Source: Blasia pusilla
Lineage: Eukaryota
Assembly (NCBI GenBank): GCA_050084515.1
Contig: CM114271.1
Location: 36,890,001 to 36,954,000, forward strand
DNA: 64,000 nt
Direction: 5' to 3'
The stretch's first letter is position 1. Each line of letters begins with the position of its first letter. Below are positions 1-28,010 of this stretch, in pieces. A program made the translations under genes and the position numbers. The notes beneath the pieces were generated by a model. The model was not told the DNA's origin. It did no database searches and was given only the letters and a program-made list of their open reading frames with translations.

Positions 1-227
1 GAAAACGTTATGCTGGAACGGGGACCGCGTATGAACTCTTAGCTAGGGATTCAATTATCCTCGGGTTTTACATCCACCTGGTCCCTTGAAGCAGGTTTGT
101 TCGTCGCCTCTGAGCACCAGGGACGGAGGGCGATTGCGAAAGTGGACAACCGTTGGACAGGCGCCTCTCCTTCTCGATTTCTGGTTTAGGGCTTAGGGAA
201 GAGTTGTGGAGCAGGTTTTGAGGTTCT

Positions 228-13761
<13,534 letters not shown>

Positions 13762-16700
13762 ACACTTCGGGTGTCATGTCCAGTGCGGTGGATACAAGTG
13801 TTTTAACAAGCCGCCTATTGATTTTGTGTCCACTTAATAGTTGGAAGGGGTACGTAACTGCCTATTGATTGCTGTAGTAATGGGCCATGAGAAAAGTGAT
13901 AATAGAGAAGGGAGCGCATGTGTTAGACCGGGCTCTTTTCGGATGTGAACATGTACATTGTCCGGGGCGGTTATGGAGTGCATTGTACATTGTCCCTAGT
14001 GGTTATGGAGAGCATTCTTGGCATGTGTGAGGCTTCTTACAGCTTTCTTTGACTTGAGGGGTAGATCCTTACACTTCCAATTTCATAATCACCTATCCTG
14101 TGTATTTTCATTAGCTGCTAGGTCTTCATAATCCATTGGCGATCACTTTGTCAACTCATGGAAGATTCCGAAAAGTATTTTGAGCTTTTTCTTTCCGTTG
14201 GTGGAACTTACTATTGATTAGCACACAAGAAGTTCTCATCTGTAATTGGAAGGTTCCTACACAAAGTGTCTTGGAGGATGAAATCACTAGTGGCTCTTGG
14301 GACCTTAGACTAGTCAGTCTCCAGATTTGCATCATTATTCAGAACAGGATTAATATCTGGCTTAATACAATATTCTTGGTCATGACTCACCATTCGAGTT
14401 AAGTTGAAGTTAACAGTTAGATCTGTATGCTGGTGATTGTTTATGAATGTTGTCCCACTCATCTCCCTTTTGTTTGCAGGTTATAGTCAGTGGCAAGTGT
14501 TGGGTATGGATGGTCATACCAATCTCGTCAGTAGTGTTTAGGTTGCTGTATATTCTGTAGATAGAGGAAGGTTATCTGCGAGTAGTCGATGAGTGACCTT
14601 TTTGTATCTCAATTCAATATGTTTTTCCCACGACAGAGTCCTTACAGTTTGGCTTTAAGATTGTATTAGATGAGGTGGGTAGGCAACATATGAGAATCTT
14701 GGTCTGGACTCAGCTCTGCAGCGTTTTGGACATGACCCACACTTATTGGTGCAGGTTCCCAGGTAAATTACAATATTTCTCAGATATGGAGTTTGTGTGA
14801 GGGCCTGGGTCCACCCCTTTGCTGTAATGATTGATGCTTGAATGCCATGTAAGGAAGGTTGATTCCAAAACAAGGAACACCATCCTGTTGATGGGAAGAT
14901 GTTGCATCCAAAACTCTTGTTCCCCAGGTGATGAATGTTTTTTAGTGGTATCCCGAGAAAATTGGTTGGGGAGAGTTGTGGTTGGATTTGAGTCTTCTCA
15001 TTGGGATGGATGAGTGCCTTGATGTTTGGTGTCCTCCTAACCCACAGTAAATTCATGGCATCGGCTAGTTAATTTCCTTGTGATTATGTTATTGTGGCTG
15101 TTATGATTACCCTTCATGATAGCTACATAGTTGGTGGATATGCTTAGTGTAGGCCAGATGTCATGCAGGAGGAACAGCGTAAAGCATTGGGGGATTTTTA
15201 TCTGTTCGGTTGGTCAAGTTGAGCATGGTTCCCTTGAGGGAAATGACTTTACTGAGAACTTTCTGGATTAGCTTTAATCTTTGAAGTTCATTGGAGTGGA
15301 TTGTGAAGATGACGTAGCAGTAAGGACGAGGAAGTTGAGAATGGATAGAAGAGGTATTTTTGGTGGGATGAAAGTTTCCGGACAATTCTAGGCTCTTTAA
15401 TCTTACTGTGATGTCTTGACTTTCCCGGCAGAAGGCAGGGTCTGCTCATAATGTAATGTTGAACGCTGTAAGGATAACACCACATTGGAGCCATAATTGG
15501 ATAGTTAAATTTATGTTTAGACCGACCCCTGAGTGCATCACATTAGTCATGCCATGTTACGGATGCTGAGGGTGCCGATTTGTTTATTTACTGCAATCAG
15601 CAAGGAGCTATTCCCAGAGTCATGGATTCGATGCTGTTTGTTCTAGAGGTAAACATAGATTTGAGTGTTTTGAACATTCGGACTTGATTCGCTTCTTGTT
15701 TGTCTGATCTTGAGGTAAGTAAAGATTTGAACTTCCTGTTATGAAACACGGGTGAATGTCAGAAGTGGGGAAGTGGGCAAATGGGTTTCATCAAAATAAG
15801 TCAAGTGAACACGTAATACAGAAGATCTCGTAGTACGTGGGGTTAGATCTTTGGTAGGCAATGTTTCAGGTATGCGGTTCTTATATCTGTCTGGTCTGGA
15901 AGAACAGATCCCTCAACTAGGTTACGGCCTTGAAAATCTCACAATAAGTGTGTTGAATCCAATGAACCATTGTTGAGGTTTTTATTTGAAACGAATGGTT
16001 GTGTGGAAGTTTCTCCTAAGCCCGACATATTTTTGATACATAGGAGGTTGTGTGATGATGTGCCACATGTTCCTTTTTAAAGAGAAATAAAAATTAAGAT
16101 GCCAAACATTAGCACATATTTAAGATTTAACCCTAACCTTTCTAATGGAGAAAACAATGTTGCGCATGATCAGACCCAATTTGTGGTGTCTATAATTGTG
16201 GTGACTAGGATTGGAAAGGGAAGTTTAAAAACTATTTCCAAGCCATAGGTAGGAATCGTTTTCGCAGTTGAAACGATCCATGCAAAAATGCATAAAGCAT
16301 AGAAAGATCAACGGATGGTTGCCAAGTACCTTGTTCTATATGGAGGAGAACAACCGGGAGAAGAATATGAGGTTGAAGCAAGGAGTGAAAAGTCTTACAA
16401 GCTGTATAATTGCACCAATACGTAGATATGTCATCCAAACTACCAAAAAAAAGCAATAGAAACCAGCACAAATAATTTTAATGGAGAGAACAATATTTAG
16501 ACAGAACGAGTATATAACTGAAGTTCTTCAACAATGATACGTAACAAATGAACCTTGCTCGAGTAGAAGCGAACTGCATGGGACATAAATATCCTACATA
16601 GAAGTAGTGAAATAAACTATGGAAAGTGAAAAAGATTGAAAAACAGATCGGTATCCGATACTAGACACCAAAAGAGATAGAAACGAGACAAGGAAACCCA

Positions 16701-17946
16701 CTTTAAAAAAGATGACGTGACAAGACTACTGCTACAAAACGAGGTTGAATCAAAATGACAATGAATAAACACCTTAAAGAAAGAAGCAGAGGAAAGGTTG
16801 GAGTATCTTGTAACACCATAATAACGGACGAAACGTGTGAAATTGCAATAAGAATTTAAGAGGAAGGAGAAAGATCTCATAGAAAGGAGTAAGAAGGAAG
16901 ATCAGATATATGCGAACCTTAACACAACGATGAGGAAGAAAAGACCCTCAATCGGAGGATGAGCGAATGGACCAGAAGAGTGAAATATGAGTGAAAGACC
17001 TTATATCGAATCCTAAACTTATTTGAGACGTAATTGTTCCCCGTGCGTTTCGCTTCCCTTTCGAGCTTCCGAACAAACGCATCAGAAGTTGACCCGAAAG
17101 ATCAAAAGATAGGCACCTCATTTCTATTCGGTACTCGGCAATTCGAGAAACAGAGTTCCGACGGAGAACTCAGACCGTGTGAGCACAGAAGTTCCGCGTT
17201 CGTCCGTCTCAATTCGGTGGCGTTTTGGGGGCCCATCCGATGGACGACAACAAGCGCATGTTCAGTTGGCATCCTCGGCCGTGGAAGAGGTTTTTGTCGA
17301 GACCTCGATCGGGAGCACTACCGATGTTACGTGCACATGCGCCGTCACTTCATTTCGTGATTGGGAGCCCTTTGTGAAAGAACGAGCGAAGCAGCCGAAG
17401 CTCAGCACATTTGCCGGTCGCAGGTCTGAAGCAAGAATCTCGCGGTGAATCTGAACTCGTCGTGTTCCTGCCAGCAAATCTAGAGGCGATGGCAATGACT
17501 TCGACGCAAGGGTCACCGCTGGGACATCGAACTCGCCTCGTGCCTACCGTAGCGAACAGAAATTGCGCACAATGGCAGGCCGGAGCTGTCAGTCCCGTGA
17601 TCACATGCACCGAAACCTCGGGAAAAATCCTCCGACGTTCGCAATGCCCTTCCAAGAAAGATCGCGCGCGCTGGATGCGTTTTAAAAACCGGACCGTTAA
17701 TGCTGTGTTAGTAACGGCTGCGCTGCTCTCTTGCCATAGTTTAACGAGCAGCTGTTTTGTAATGTTGTTGGAACTTCGCTTTAAATCAGAGCCGCGTGAT
17801 TCGCGTCCGAACACTTACGCTGGACTCCGGAGCAGCAGGAGTTCGGTATGTCGTGCGTAATAGATGCTGTAGAAAAGTAGCGCATGATGCTCCTCGTCCT
17901 GCCAATTTGAGGCCGAGCGCGCGGATATTAGCACAGGGTTACGATT

Positions 17947-20413
17947 ATGGAGTCTCTGCGAAGGGCTTTGCTGCGAGTCTCCTGTTTGATCGCCTTCTTG
18001 TCCGAGTCCTCAAAGTACGTCGCAGGAGGGCAAACTCAAACACCTACTGCTTTATTCATCTTTGGAGACTCACTGGTCGATTCCGGGAACAACAACTACA
18101 TTGCAACGTTCGCAAAGGCCAATTATGCGTGGAACGGTGTCGATTTCCCCCTAGGACCGACAGGCCGATTCTGCAATGGACGACATGTTCCTGACATAGT
18201 CGGTAAGTTCCATTTCCTGCTCACGAGGTGCTGTTTGTAGTTTTCTTCTTCTCCTCGCATTTCGGGTTCACAATCGCTGGGAACTGCGTGAAATCGGAAG
18301 CCATAATTCCTCGCGAGCCAATGTCGATGACACGAAAATGTGATGTTGTGGACGGATTGAACATGGTGGACATGGTGGTCAGGTTCAAGCCTACTCTGAT
18401 CAGTTCAGTGAATGAGAGAGTTGAGTTGACGGCTTGCAATTCTATCTTCGTTTGCCCTTGGGATTAAGAGTAGTCTCTTTTGGTAGAAAGGGAGGGACGG
18501 AGACGGAGACGGTGATTCCCTCGTGGGAAGGTATCGAAATCCGGTCGTAGTACTATGAAGGTCTTCGTGTCCTAGGATGTGGCGATGGGATTGTGCAAGC
18601 GGTAGGAAGAAATCTAAATCATCATGTTTCGCGATGCGAAGACAGTTATCATCGTTCCGATGCGGACGATTCGGAGGCTTCTTAGGTTCTTGAGTTCTTT
18701 TCCTCTGGCGATGGCAAGAGAGTCATTGACGACTCCTGATTTCCAGAGGCCAACATTGCACGCACTTACAAAGTCTGGGCGTGGCTATGGCAGGGCAGTC
18801 TTTGGGCTTACCGTTCATTCCCGTGTACCTGGATCCCAACACGAAAGGAACGGCCATATTCCGAGGCGTCAACTATGCTTCGGGCGGAGCAGGAATCTTA
18901 GACGACACCGGCAAAAGCTTCGTGAGTTGCCCAAAGAAAGAGTTCCAATTGTGTGAGGCCGCCGAATGAGCAGATTCTTCCTAGAACACACTCATCTCCT
19001 GTCCGCGTGGGAAATGATGCGTCACTCACTCCGTGCGTTGTTTGTTTGCATAGATCGAAGTGATTCCCATGGACAAGCAACTGCAGTACTTCAAGAACAC
19101 GAAGATCGAAATGGTGAAGCTCGTCGGGCAGACGGCGACCGACATGCTACTGGCCGACTCTCTCTTCGCGGTGACCGTGGGATCCAACGACTATCTCAGC
19201 AGCTATTTCACCCTGAACTCTCCGCTGTCCTCGGATTTCACTCCGAGGGAATTCGAAGACATTCTCATCCAAAAACACACGATGCAGTTGAAGGTCGGGA
19301 TCTCACCTTCCGCGATTACTTGCTTGCTCACGGATTTCGACTAGTTCCCGCGCCATTTCTTGCGACGGCAACGTCAGTCCGTCGCTCCCAGCCCCCGAGG
19401 TCTGTAGAGACGCATGGCTGTGCGCACCGGTAGATACTCGCATCTTCGGGTTCTAACACGCATGAATGAAAATTGTGTTGGCGACAAAACTTTCAGGCTT
19501 TGTACGGACATGGAGCTAGGAAAATTGTTGTCGCTGCACTTGGGCCGCTTGGGTGCATTCCTTCTCTCCTGGATCTGACACAGAGCGAAAACGGTACATG
19601 CGATCCTAGGAATAGTATCGTCACACACTTCAATTCAGCAATGAGGACGCTGATCGGAGAGCTGAACACTCAGCTGGGAAATTCGCATTTCGTATACGCC
19701 AACAGCTACGATATCGTCATCGACATCCTCAGGAACGCCAGCAGATACGGTAGGCCCGGCAGCTCTAGACCTATGGCCTAAACGATGGTGAATGAATGCT
19801 CCGGTCATGTTATACCTCAGACAGTCGAATGTGTGACATGCTTTTCTCAATGTTTGAGTCGAAAGTAGGTAATGTAAGAGTGGTAATAGAGAGTGAGATT
19901 CTGTTTTGCATATTCTTCGAGAGTGTTTCTAATCACGAAGCTCTTAGAATCCATGAAAGCGAAGGGTTTCGGTTTCTTTCTGGAAAAAAAGTTCTCACAT
20001 GAAGCGCTTCTTCTTCTTCTTCTTCTTCTTCTTCTTCTTCTTCTCAATTCCTCCAAATCCGCGGGTCTGAATGATGTCTGCAGAGGAACGTCTTTCATAG
20101 TCTTGATCGCGAGCTTCGATGCCACACATATCTTGCGGAGCTGACGTTCTCTATTGCCTGTCGGGGGATGAGTGTAGGGTTCTCCGATACTACCAAAGCA
20201 TGCTGTGGAACTGGAGGGGAATACAACGGGATAATCCCGTGTCTTCCGGGCGTTCCGATTTGTTCTAATCGGAGTAGCAACGTGTTTTGGGACCCTTACC
20301 ACCCCACGGAGGCAGTCAATAAGATCATAGCCAGCAGAATTCTCGATGGAACTAGCAGTGATGCATATCCGGTGAACGTCAGGACATTAGTCAGCTACCG
20401 GTTCTATTCTTGA
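17947..20413 (+). CDS. GDSL/SGNH esterase-lipase, 5 exons, 370 aa, probable signal peptide
   Basis: Exons 17947-18202, 18794-18921, 19054-19293, 19497-19749, 20178-20413 (1113 nt, in frame). Motifs FIFGDSLVDSGNNNY, PTGRFCNG, GVNYASGGAGI, GSNDY, FWDPYHPT. Confidence 0.95.
20007..20044. repeat. (CTT)n microsatellite in GDSL intron 4
   Basis: About 12 perfect CTT units. Confidence 0.95.
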
Positions 20414-22529
20414 TAGGAACCCCATATCCAAGAAGGGTGGGCTAGGACGAATCTGCCCCTGCCGGGATTCGCTCGGCGCTTAGGAACAGGTTAGAGGAAG
20501 AAAAATTATTCAGAAAAGATGTACCGGGGGCTGCGTGCTGTTGAGATAAAAACTGGAGTATCATCACTTGATGGCCGGTGCTTCGTACTGATTTCGTGCT
20601 CGGTCAGGGATCCGCTGTTCCATAAGACGACGGCCCGTTCACTGACAAGGTATTACGGAGGAGGGTAAGGTCGAGCTGGATGCGATCAGAGTTGGTGGAG
20701 GCCAGATCGGGAAAAGGATCTGGTGAGATGGTGTCAGGTTTGAAGAAGCTTTGCAATGGTGCAGAATCAGAAAGCAATGTCCCATAGTCCTGAAATCCTC
20801 CCATGTCTTCGAAAACGCAACCGTAGCGGGTATAAGTCGATAAGGAAGAATGCAGTGGAGTGTCGAAAACTCGATTCACCGCAGATGCTGGAGCACCACA
20901 CGCAAGATGTGAAAGCGTTACCAGACTCCATCAACTCCGAACTCCAAACGAGAGTTGCTCGTCCTTGGCATTCACCATGCGGCTCCCATACAAATGTACG
21001 CGGACAGTTCCCGCAGCGCGAGATGAAGCTCCACGAGTTCTACGACGACAGGCAGGTGCCGTCGCAAGGTAGGCAGGTTGGATCGGAAGCGACTATCATT
21101 CGCGAGAGATCACCTTCCACGAGTCATCACAAGCAGAATCCTCTTAGCATGTGGATTCAAACCACAATCGGCAGCCGAGATCGCGAGGTAGACAGGTGCG
21201 ATTGGAAACGAGTATGATCCGCGAGATGACATTCCACGAGTCGGTCCTCACAAGCACTATCCCGATTCTGGCTGTCTTCGATGAGGATCGCGGCCCCTTT
21301 CAGTGCATCAGTCGCTGGAGGAAGCGTTGGGCACCGCACTACCCTCGAATTTGATCCCTGGGAAGGATCACCATCATCGGAAGGATGATGGTGATCCTTC
21401 CCAGGGACCTGATGATTGTGTGGCTAGTTTCTCTCGGGGAAGCAGGAAGCTTAGAGTGCTGCGGTGTCCTCATGAGACGTAGAGTCCATTTCGTCTCAGA
21501 AGGCAAAACCAGTACGCGGAGTTCAGTAACAAACCTCCTCATCCAAAGTGGAGACATGAGAGGAGTGGCGGAGTTTGATGGCGTTGAGGACGGAAGAGAT
21601 GAGCTCTTGTACTCGATACGCTTCCCGAGGGCTTCCTTCATGAGTATATCTGATTGCGGTTTTCCTTTATGCTGTAGTATGTAGTATATGAGTGAAGATT
21701 GATAGACATGCTTTCGTTTCGTCCGTGTTAATGGAAGGTTGTCCCACTATCCAGCAAATAACTCTTCAAAACCTATTCGCCATGCGGATTTCATGACAAG
21801 TTAATATTTTGTGGAGCAAGTAAATAGTCGAAGCAAGAACCTATCCTCTTTGTGGGTTTCTTGTCGTGCTTACATTTTAACGGGTCTCTCGTCCTCGGGT
21901 CCTCTCAAACCTCACCAGCGCTCGCTACTTCAACAACAGGATCGGATCCTGGGGATTCTTGTAGACAGGAGGCCAGAAAGTGATATCATGTAAAGGAAGC
22001 TCTTCAGTGCAATGTTAGCGAGAGCCAGAAAGTCCTAATGAAATAAGTTGTTTGTAGAGTGTTCTGTTCGGAAATTGAGAGATGCCTATTTCTTGGGCCA
22101 ATTTCCTGATGACTTGAGGTTCTCTTGACGAGAAGATGAGCAGGAGTGAGAGTCCAGTCACTCGTGCATAAGTTTTGTTTGGTAGAAATGAAAATCGTGT
22201 TCAAGTAATCAGAGTGACAGGATTCCAGCCACTCCTGCATGAGTTTTGTTCTCTAGAGATAAAAATTGGTCATGAAATCGAGGGGCACAGGGCGTCAACA
22301 AGCACCTGGAATACTCGCCTTCCGTCGAGGTGAATTCACAGAAGCACAGCACCGAAAGATACTTTGGTCTAAACCTCTACCTGTTGAGCACTCAAAACCG
22401 GACGGCAGTTGGATCGTCCACTCCACTCGCTTCCATCTCCTCAACTTCTAATCGTCGTCGTTTCTCCCTGACGAAACCGCGTCCCGCAGACGGTTGGACG
22501 TGAGGTCACCACAAAGCAGACTTCATGAC

Positions 22530-22992
22530 GAGAAGGGAAACACTCCGCACCTATTCACACGATTCACGGATGTTTACGGCGCTACAAGTAGAGCTTCCGA
22601 GCTGCTCTTCGGCCCTACGCCCTTCAAAGAACTCGTAGAACTCGGAGTCGATGCAGACGCCATGCAAGAACGAGAATCGCAGGAGGTAGATATGGACAGC
22701 GTTGAAATGGATCTCGGATTCCGAGATCCATATCTACCAGATCCAAATCTCGGAACTCGTAAAACTCGGAGAAGGGAAACACTCCGCACATTTTCACACG
22801 ATTCACGGATGTTTACGGCGCTACAAGTAGAGCTTCCGAGCTGCTCTTCGTCCCCTACGCCCTTCAAGGAACTGCTCAGTCGATGCAGATGCCTTGCAAG
22901 AACGAGGATCGCAGGAGGTAGATATGGACAGAGTTGAAATGGATCTCGGATTCCGAGATCCATATCTATCAGATCCAAATCTCGGAACTCGT
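22530..22992. repeat. Tandem duplication of a unit of about 230 bp, each unit carrying a 25-bp palindrome
   Basis: Units 22530-22760 and 22769-22992. ATGGATCTCGGA-T-TCCGAGATCCAT at 22707-22731 and 22939-22963. Confidence 0.9.
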
Positions 22993-25808
22993 CGTCAGGA
23001 TTGGATGGCCGTCGCACACGTCTGATTTCTGTCAGTGCATATATACTTATGCTCTGTCAGTGTATATATACCATTAAATTAAAAAATCTTAACTATCCCA
23101 CAGAAATATAAAGACTGGAAAGGGTATCTCTGAATTTCCCGGGCTTTGTTTTGCGGGACACCGCGAAACCGAAGAAACTAATCCTCTTTTCTTTGGATTA
23201 ACGAATCGGTTTCTTTTAATTAATTTGTATTTTTAACAATAAAAATATAAAGAAAAAATCTGGGTGTAGGATATTTTTTTCTTTAAGTGGATTTTGAACA
23301 AGGATCAGATTATAAATTAGGAGGTCCGAACGCCAAAAAATTTAAGACAAAAATAGGAAATAATAAATGAAATAATACACAAGAATACAAAATTCTAACA
23401 AAAGAAAAAACAAGGGCATCTATGTCCGTGCTACTATTTTGGTTGGCAGCTATGATGACTAGTTTCCATGGCCGTTTATGGAAGCAACACAAATAAGATG
23501 TGAATCATTTTCCATTGGCTACTTTGGACCGAAAATTTGGCGTCTAGGGAAGCTTTGGATATGGCACAATCATGGAGTTCAATGAGAGAACAATTAACAC
23601 AAATAATAATATTATAAAATAAAGAAAAATAGAAAATATCTAAGGATCTGAATATGATAATTTGCTTTGTCCCATGAAGCAAGAGAGACCAGAGGAAGAT
23701 ATGATAATTGCCTACCTCAAAGTGACGTTGAAAATGAGGGTTGAGTTCAATTTAAAAGAATGATAGCAATGATAAAATGGCTTCTCGAAAAGGACGAATC
23801 TCGTTAGACTGACAAAGGTTTCACGCACATGCTCACCCGTGGAATTCCTGGAAAACATCTTCCAAAATACTTTTAACATATTAAGTATTATCACAAAATA
23901 GAATGGAGATACATGGATCAATGAAAATTGTAATAGGCTCCACGTGAGGAGGAAGCGAATTATTTCTTTTCTTCTTGTATGAGTATCTTGTTGCTTTTAA
24001 GGTTTAGTTGCACTGTTCTTAGAGGACGCTCTTTTTCTCTTTGCCCTAATCTCCAATCAGTAAATGCTTCTAGAAGCATGTCAGTCGAGTGACAAACAAA
24101 TGTTTTTGGGAAAAATCACCCTCACATGAGATAATTTATCTGAGTAACTTCTCTATTAAAACTATTACTCCCTACTAATCGTGTCTTGTAAGAATGTCCT
24201 TACAATTTCCAGGAGTAGAAACATTTTAAAATGTTTTCAAGGTATATTCCCGCCTATAATAATCCCGACCCATTTTAAACCAGGCTAAAATGGGTCACCT
24301 ATGTATTTTTTATCTGAACTAGGCCATAAACTCCTATCAGTTCATAGATAATTGAGATAAAGTAATCCCCTTCCCATTCAAAGGGCTACGTACATTGTCC
24401 TATAGGTAAGAGGAGTAAAGGCTTGGGGTGTAAAAGTACTTATTCCACATATCAATTATTTGAAAAAGATTCATCAAAACCCTCATACTTTCTGCATGCT
24501 ATTTCCCTCGGCCATCATTTTCCACATATAATAGTAATAACTTTCCCATCTTTAAGACAAAGAAAAAGCTACTCCTAAGCATTATATTACGTCCGTGTTC
24601 ATCGCTAAAATCGAAACTGAAGGATGTTTACGCAATTGGTGGGAAACCGGAATTGGGAACATGCATCTTACTTCACGGGACGGGATGCATGAAAAGCGTG
24701 AGCCTTTTCCCCCCCATCATCAGCTCCAAGGACCGTGGAAAGTAGTTATTAGTTGTGCGGGATCATGAGTCTTCCTCCTTATAGGCTATGGCATCTTATG
24801 ATCCTGCACAACTAGTAATTGCCTTCCAGGAGACCAGTTGTTCCACTCCTGGAAGTGGGCTACGAGTCGATCTGCTCAACTAGCAGCGTACTGTGACAAT
24901 TTATTGCGTGGACGATCGCGCAGAGCTTGCAGTTCTGATTGTTAGGTGCCCGCGTCCTCACGGGGCCAGCGGAGTCTAATTCCGATGCGTGCAGACAGGC
25001 GCTGCTGTCGCGACTCCCGCAGCATCATGTAGGAGCTTTCGCTCAGTACGACTGCCATCTCGGTCTCATCAGTCGGCTCAATTCACCGCTCGACAGGCCA
25101 GTAACAGATCACTGGACTCACGAATAGGAGTGTGCGGAACCGTACGAGCAGTTCGACGCGTCCCGGTACTTTGCAATCGGAAACAGGCAGCCTTGTTTTT
25201 GACCAGTTGGAATGCGTTATACAAAGAACGATATGAAAAACTAACCGGTTTGTGGAAGGCAACTTCGAAAGAGAGCGGAAATTCTCAGTTGACCGGCTTG
25301 TGACCCGAACATGGGTGGGCGGTGGACGATCACGGCAAAATGGGGTTTCGGTGAGAATTGCGAGGCTTGCGGGTGTTCAAAGGCGTGTTACCGTCACAGG
25401 TACGGGCTGCGGGGAGACTTGAAGACTACGAGGCGCGACTTGATTGTCCGCTGACTGAATCGCAGAGAGGAGGAGATCACATGGAATTCGTGGTCGCAGT
25501 TTCTTAAAACGCGCAGGACTGGAGTTCCTTACCGGACGACAGTCCGCCGTTGCTTTACAATCGTGTGGTAGTAGTACATGGAGCGCACCGTGGAAAGTGC
25601 GAAATCCAAAATGCTCTAGTGGGATGCAGCCGACTGCATCTCTGATACAGATATAGTTATTCCCCCCAGATCCGTGAGGAACGAAATCGTCCTTCTCTCA
25701 CGGCGAGCTTAGCTGAGCTAGTCTGCTCTCTCTAAGATTATCAATGGGGCATGGATTCATGCACGAACAAATCAATAGCCAATTCAATAGACAAGGGACG
25801 TTTACATT

Positions 25809-28010
25809 CTAAAACTGATAATTCAGTAATTGGCGGATGTTCATAGGGTACACATCATTGCCGCTCCCGTCCAGAAATCTCCCGGCGAGGATCACATTCG
25901 CAGCGTCAGTCGGGTGGTAGGGATCCCAGAACACGTTCTGGCTCCGATCGGAACAAATTGGAACCCCTGGAACGCACGGAATCAGCCCGTTGTAAGCTCC
26001 TCCTGACCCGCAACATGCTTTGTCCGAGACGGTGAAACCTGCAGGCACACGCAGAAAGGCACCGCCCATCGTCAGGACCAGTCCTCGACTTTAACGCTTG
26101 AGACTCCAAAAATTTGTCATCATGAAGACCAGTACGTCCCATGTAGATCGTGGCCCGGCTCTTATGATGAGACCAAGATGGACGCGGAAGGGGGAGGTGA
26201 AAAAGCACAGATACGAAAAAAATTTGCAGATACGTTGGCAGAATACCCACCCTCTCTTGGCCATTGACCGAGTGTGTTCGACCTGGAAGCGTGTAGACAT
26301 GGGGACAGAAGGAATGATTCCAGATCGTAGAATCAAATAGCGTGCATACTAGTCTGGACAACCGAACTGGTTTGGTTGGACCAAGGGAGTTTCGGTGGAC
26401 ACCCGAACAAGTTGGGTTTGGGAGAGGGACTCTACGAAATCCTGTCTGCGATTCTGATGGAGGTTGTCATACCGTATCTGGCGTAATTGTTGATAATGTC
26501 TTCGACGATGTCGTAGGAGTTGACGAATATGAAGTGTGGCGCTCCCACATTAGCGTTGAGTTCTCCTATGAGGGCCTTCACAGCGGTGTTAAAGCCCTGG
26601 ACGAGACTGTTTTCAGGGTCGCATTGCCCGTTCTGTCGGAGCTTTACTGTAAGTTGGTAGGGAATGCACCCCAACGGTCCAACTGCCGCGACAACAATTT
26701 TCCTAGCCCCGAGTTCGTACAAAGTCTGCACAGCGTCAACGCCTAATCAAGACCGTTTTCCTTTCCGTAAGATGGTGCGCGCTGAAGCCACGCGGACAAT
26801 CCCACCCGAAATGTGCAGCTGCTAAAGATCGCAACAGACAATACAGAGATCACTGCACGCGTTGCGGTGGGAGGTTCTCACCGTCAATTGAGTTCGGTAC
26901 TTGTTGATGAGAATGTCCTGATATGCTTGTGGAGTGAACTTCTGGGATCGCGGGGAGCCGGGTATGAAGTAGTTGTTTAAGTAATCGTTAGATCCCATGG
27001 TCACCGAGAAAAGGGAGTTCGCTAGTAGAGTGTCGGTAGCGCTTTGTCCTAACAGCTGCACGATTTGCGCCTTCGTATTCTGGAAATATTGCAATTGCTT
27101 GTCCATGGGAATCACTTGCAGCTGCACACAAACCACATGTCAAGCATAGAAGAGGTAAGTGAGCTTCGACTCCCGACGGTATTTTCGAGCTCTGACTGCA
27201 GATGAGATTGCACGGTGAATGGTCTTGACTACTCACAAATGTGAATCCAGTGTCGTCGACGATCCCAGCTCCACCCGACGCATAGTTCACGCCTTTCAAA
27301 ATCGCAGTTCCTTTCGTGTTGGGATCCAGGTACACGGGCGTGAACGGTAGACCCAACGACTGCCCTGTCACAAGAAAGCAGGCATTTCGTAGTGAGCTTA
27401 CAGGCTCACTAAAACCGCATCTCACGAAACGGGCAGACACCACCAAAAGTCTGCAGGTCTACACTACCGATCTGTGGCTACGACGCACTGCGAGCGCTTC
27501 CAATTGCTTCCCATTCTTTCCCGCGGGAAGGATTGAAGTGGAGCACAGCGGAAGCGAGTCGTCAGCCTATCTCGAACTGATGGCAAGAATAACGAGAATT
27601 ACTAGCATCAACAACAGCGTGCGTTTTCAACATCTCGAGAGTTAGTTTCCTTCTGAAGATGGTTGCGAGACTAGTTCTTCCGCCAATTCAGAGCAGGTGT
27701 TTAAAGTCCGTCCATCGAAAAATCATATCCACGAAAGAAGTAGCTCCGGGAAAAGGAGCTGACCGATTACGTCCGGGACGTGTCGTCCGTTGCAGAAACG
27801 CCCGGTTATTCCTAGAGGGAAATCGATTCCATTCGAAGCATAATTCGCTCGAGCTAACGACCCGATGTAATTGTTGTTTCCGGCATCAACGAGCGAGTCC
27901 CCGAAAATAAACGAAGCAACAGGTGATTGTCCCACGACGCATTTCCTCGATTCCGAGAAGATGGCGACCACGCAAGTCACCCACAGCAGCGTCCGCCGCA
28001 GAGACTCCAT
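25809..28010 (-). CDS. GDSL/SGNH esterase-lipase paralogue, 5 exons, 365 aa
   Basis: Exons 28010-27764, 27364-27237, 27121-26882, 26725-26473, 26038-25809 (1098 nt, in frame). Motifs FIFGDSLVDAGNNNY, GVNYASGGAGI, GSNDY, FWDPYHPT. Internal exon sizes 128/240/253 are identical to the + strand copy. Confidence 0.95.

Noticed and set aside
13951-14016. Tandem duplication of about 33 bp downstream of the CUL1 stop
   Set aside because: Real but short and imperfect, with no evidence of function.
14655-15494. Minus-strand ORF pieces after CUL1
   Set aside because: No recognisable domain or splice structure.
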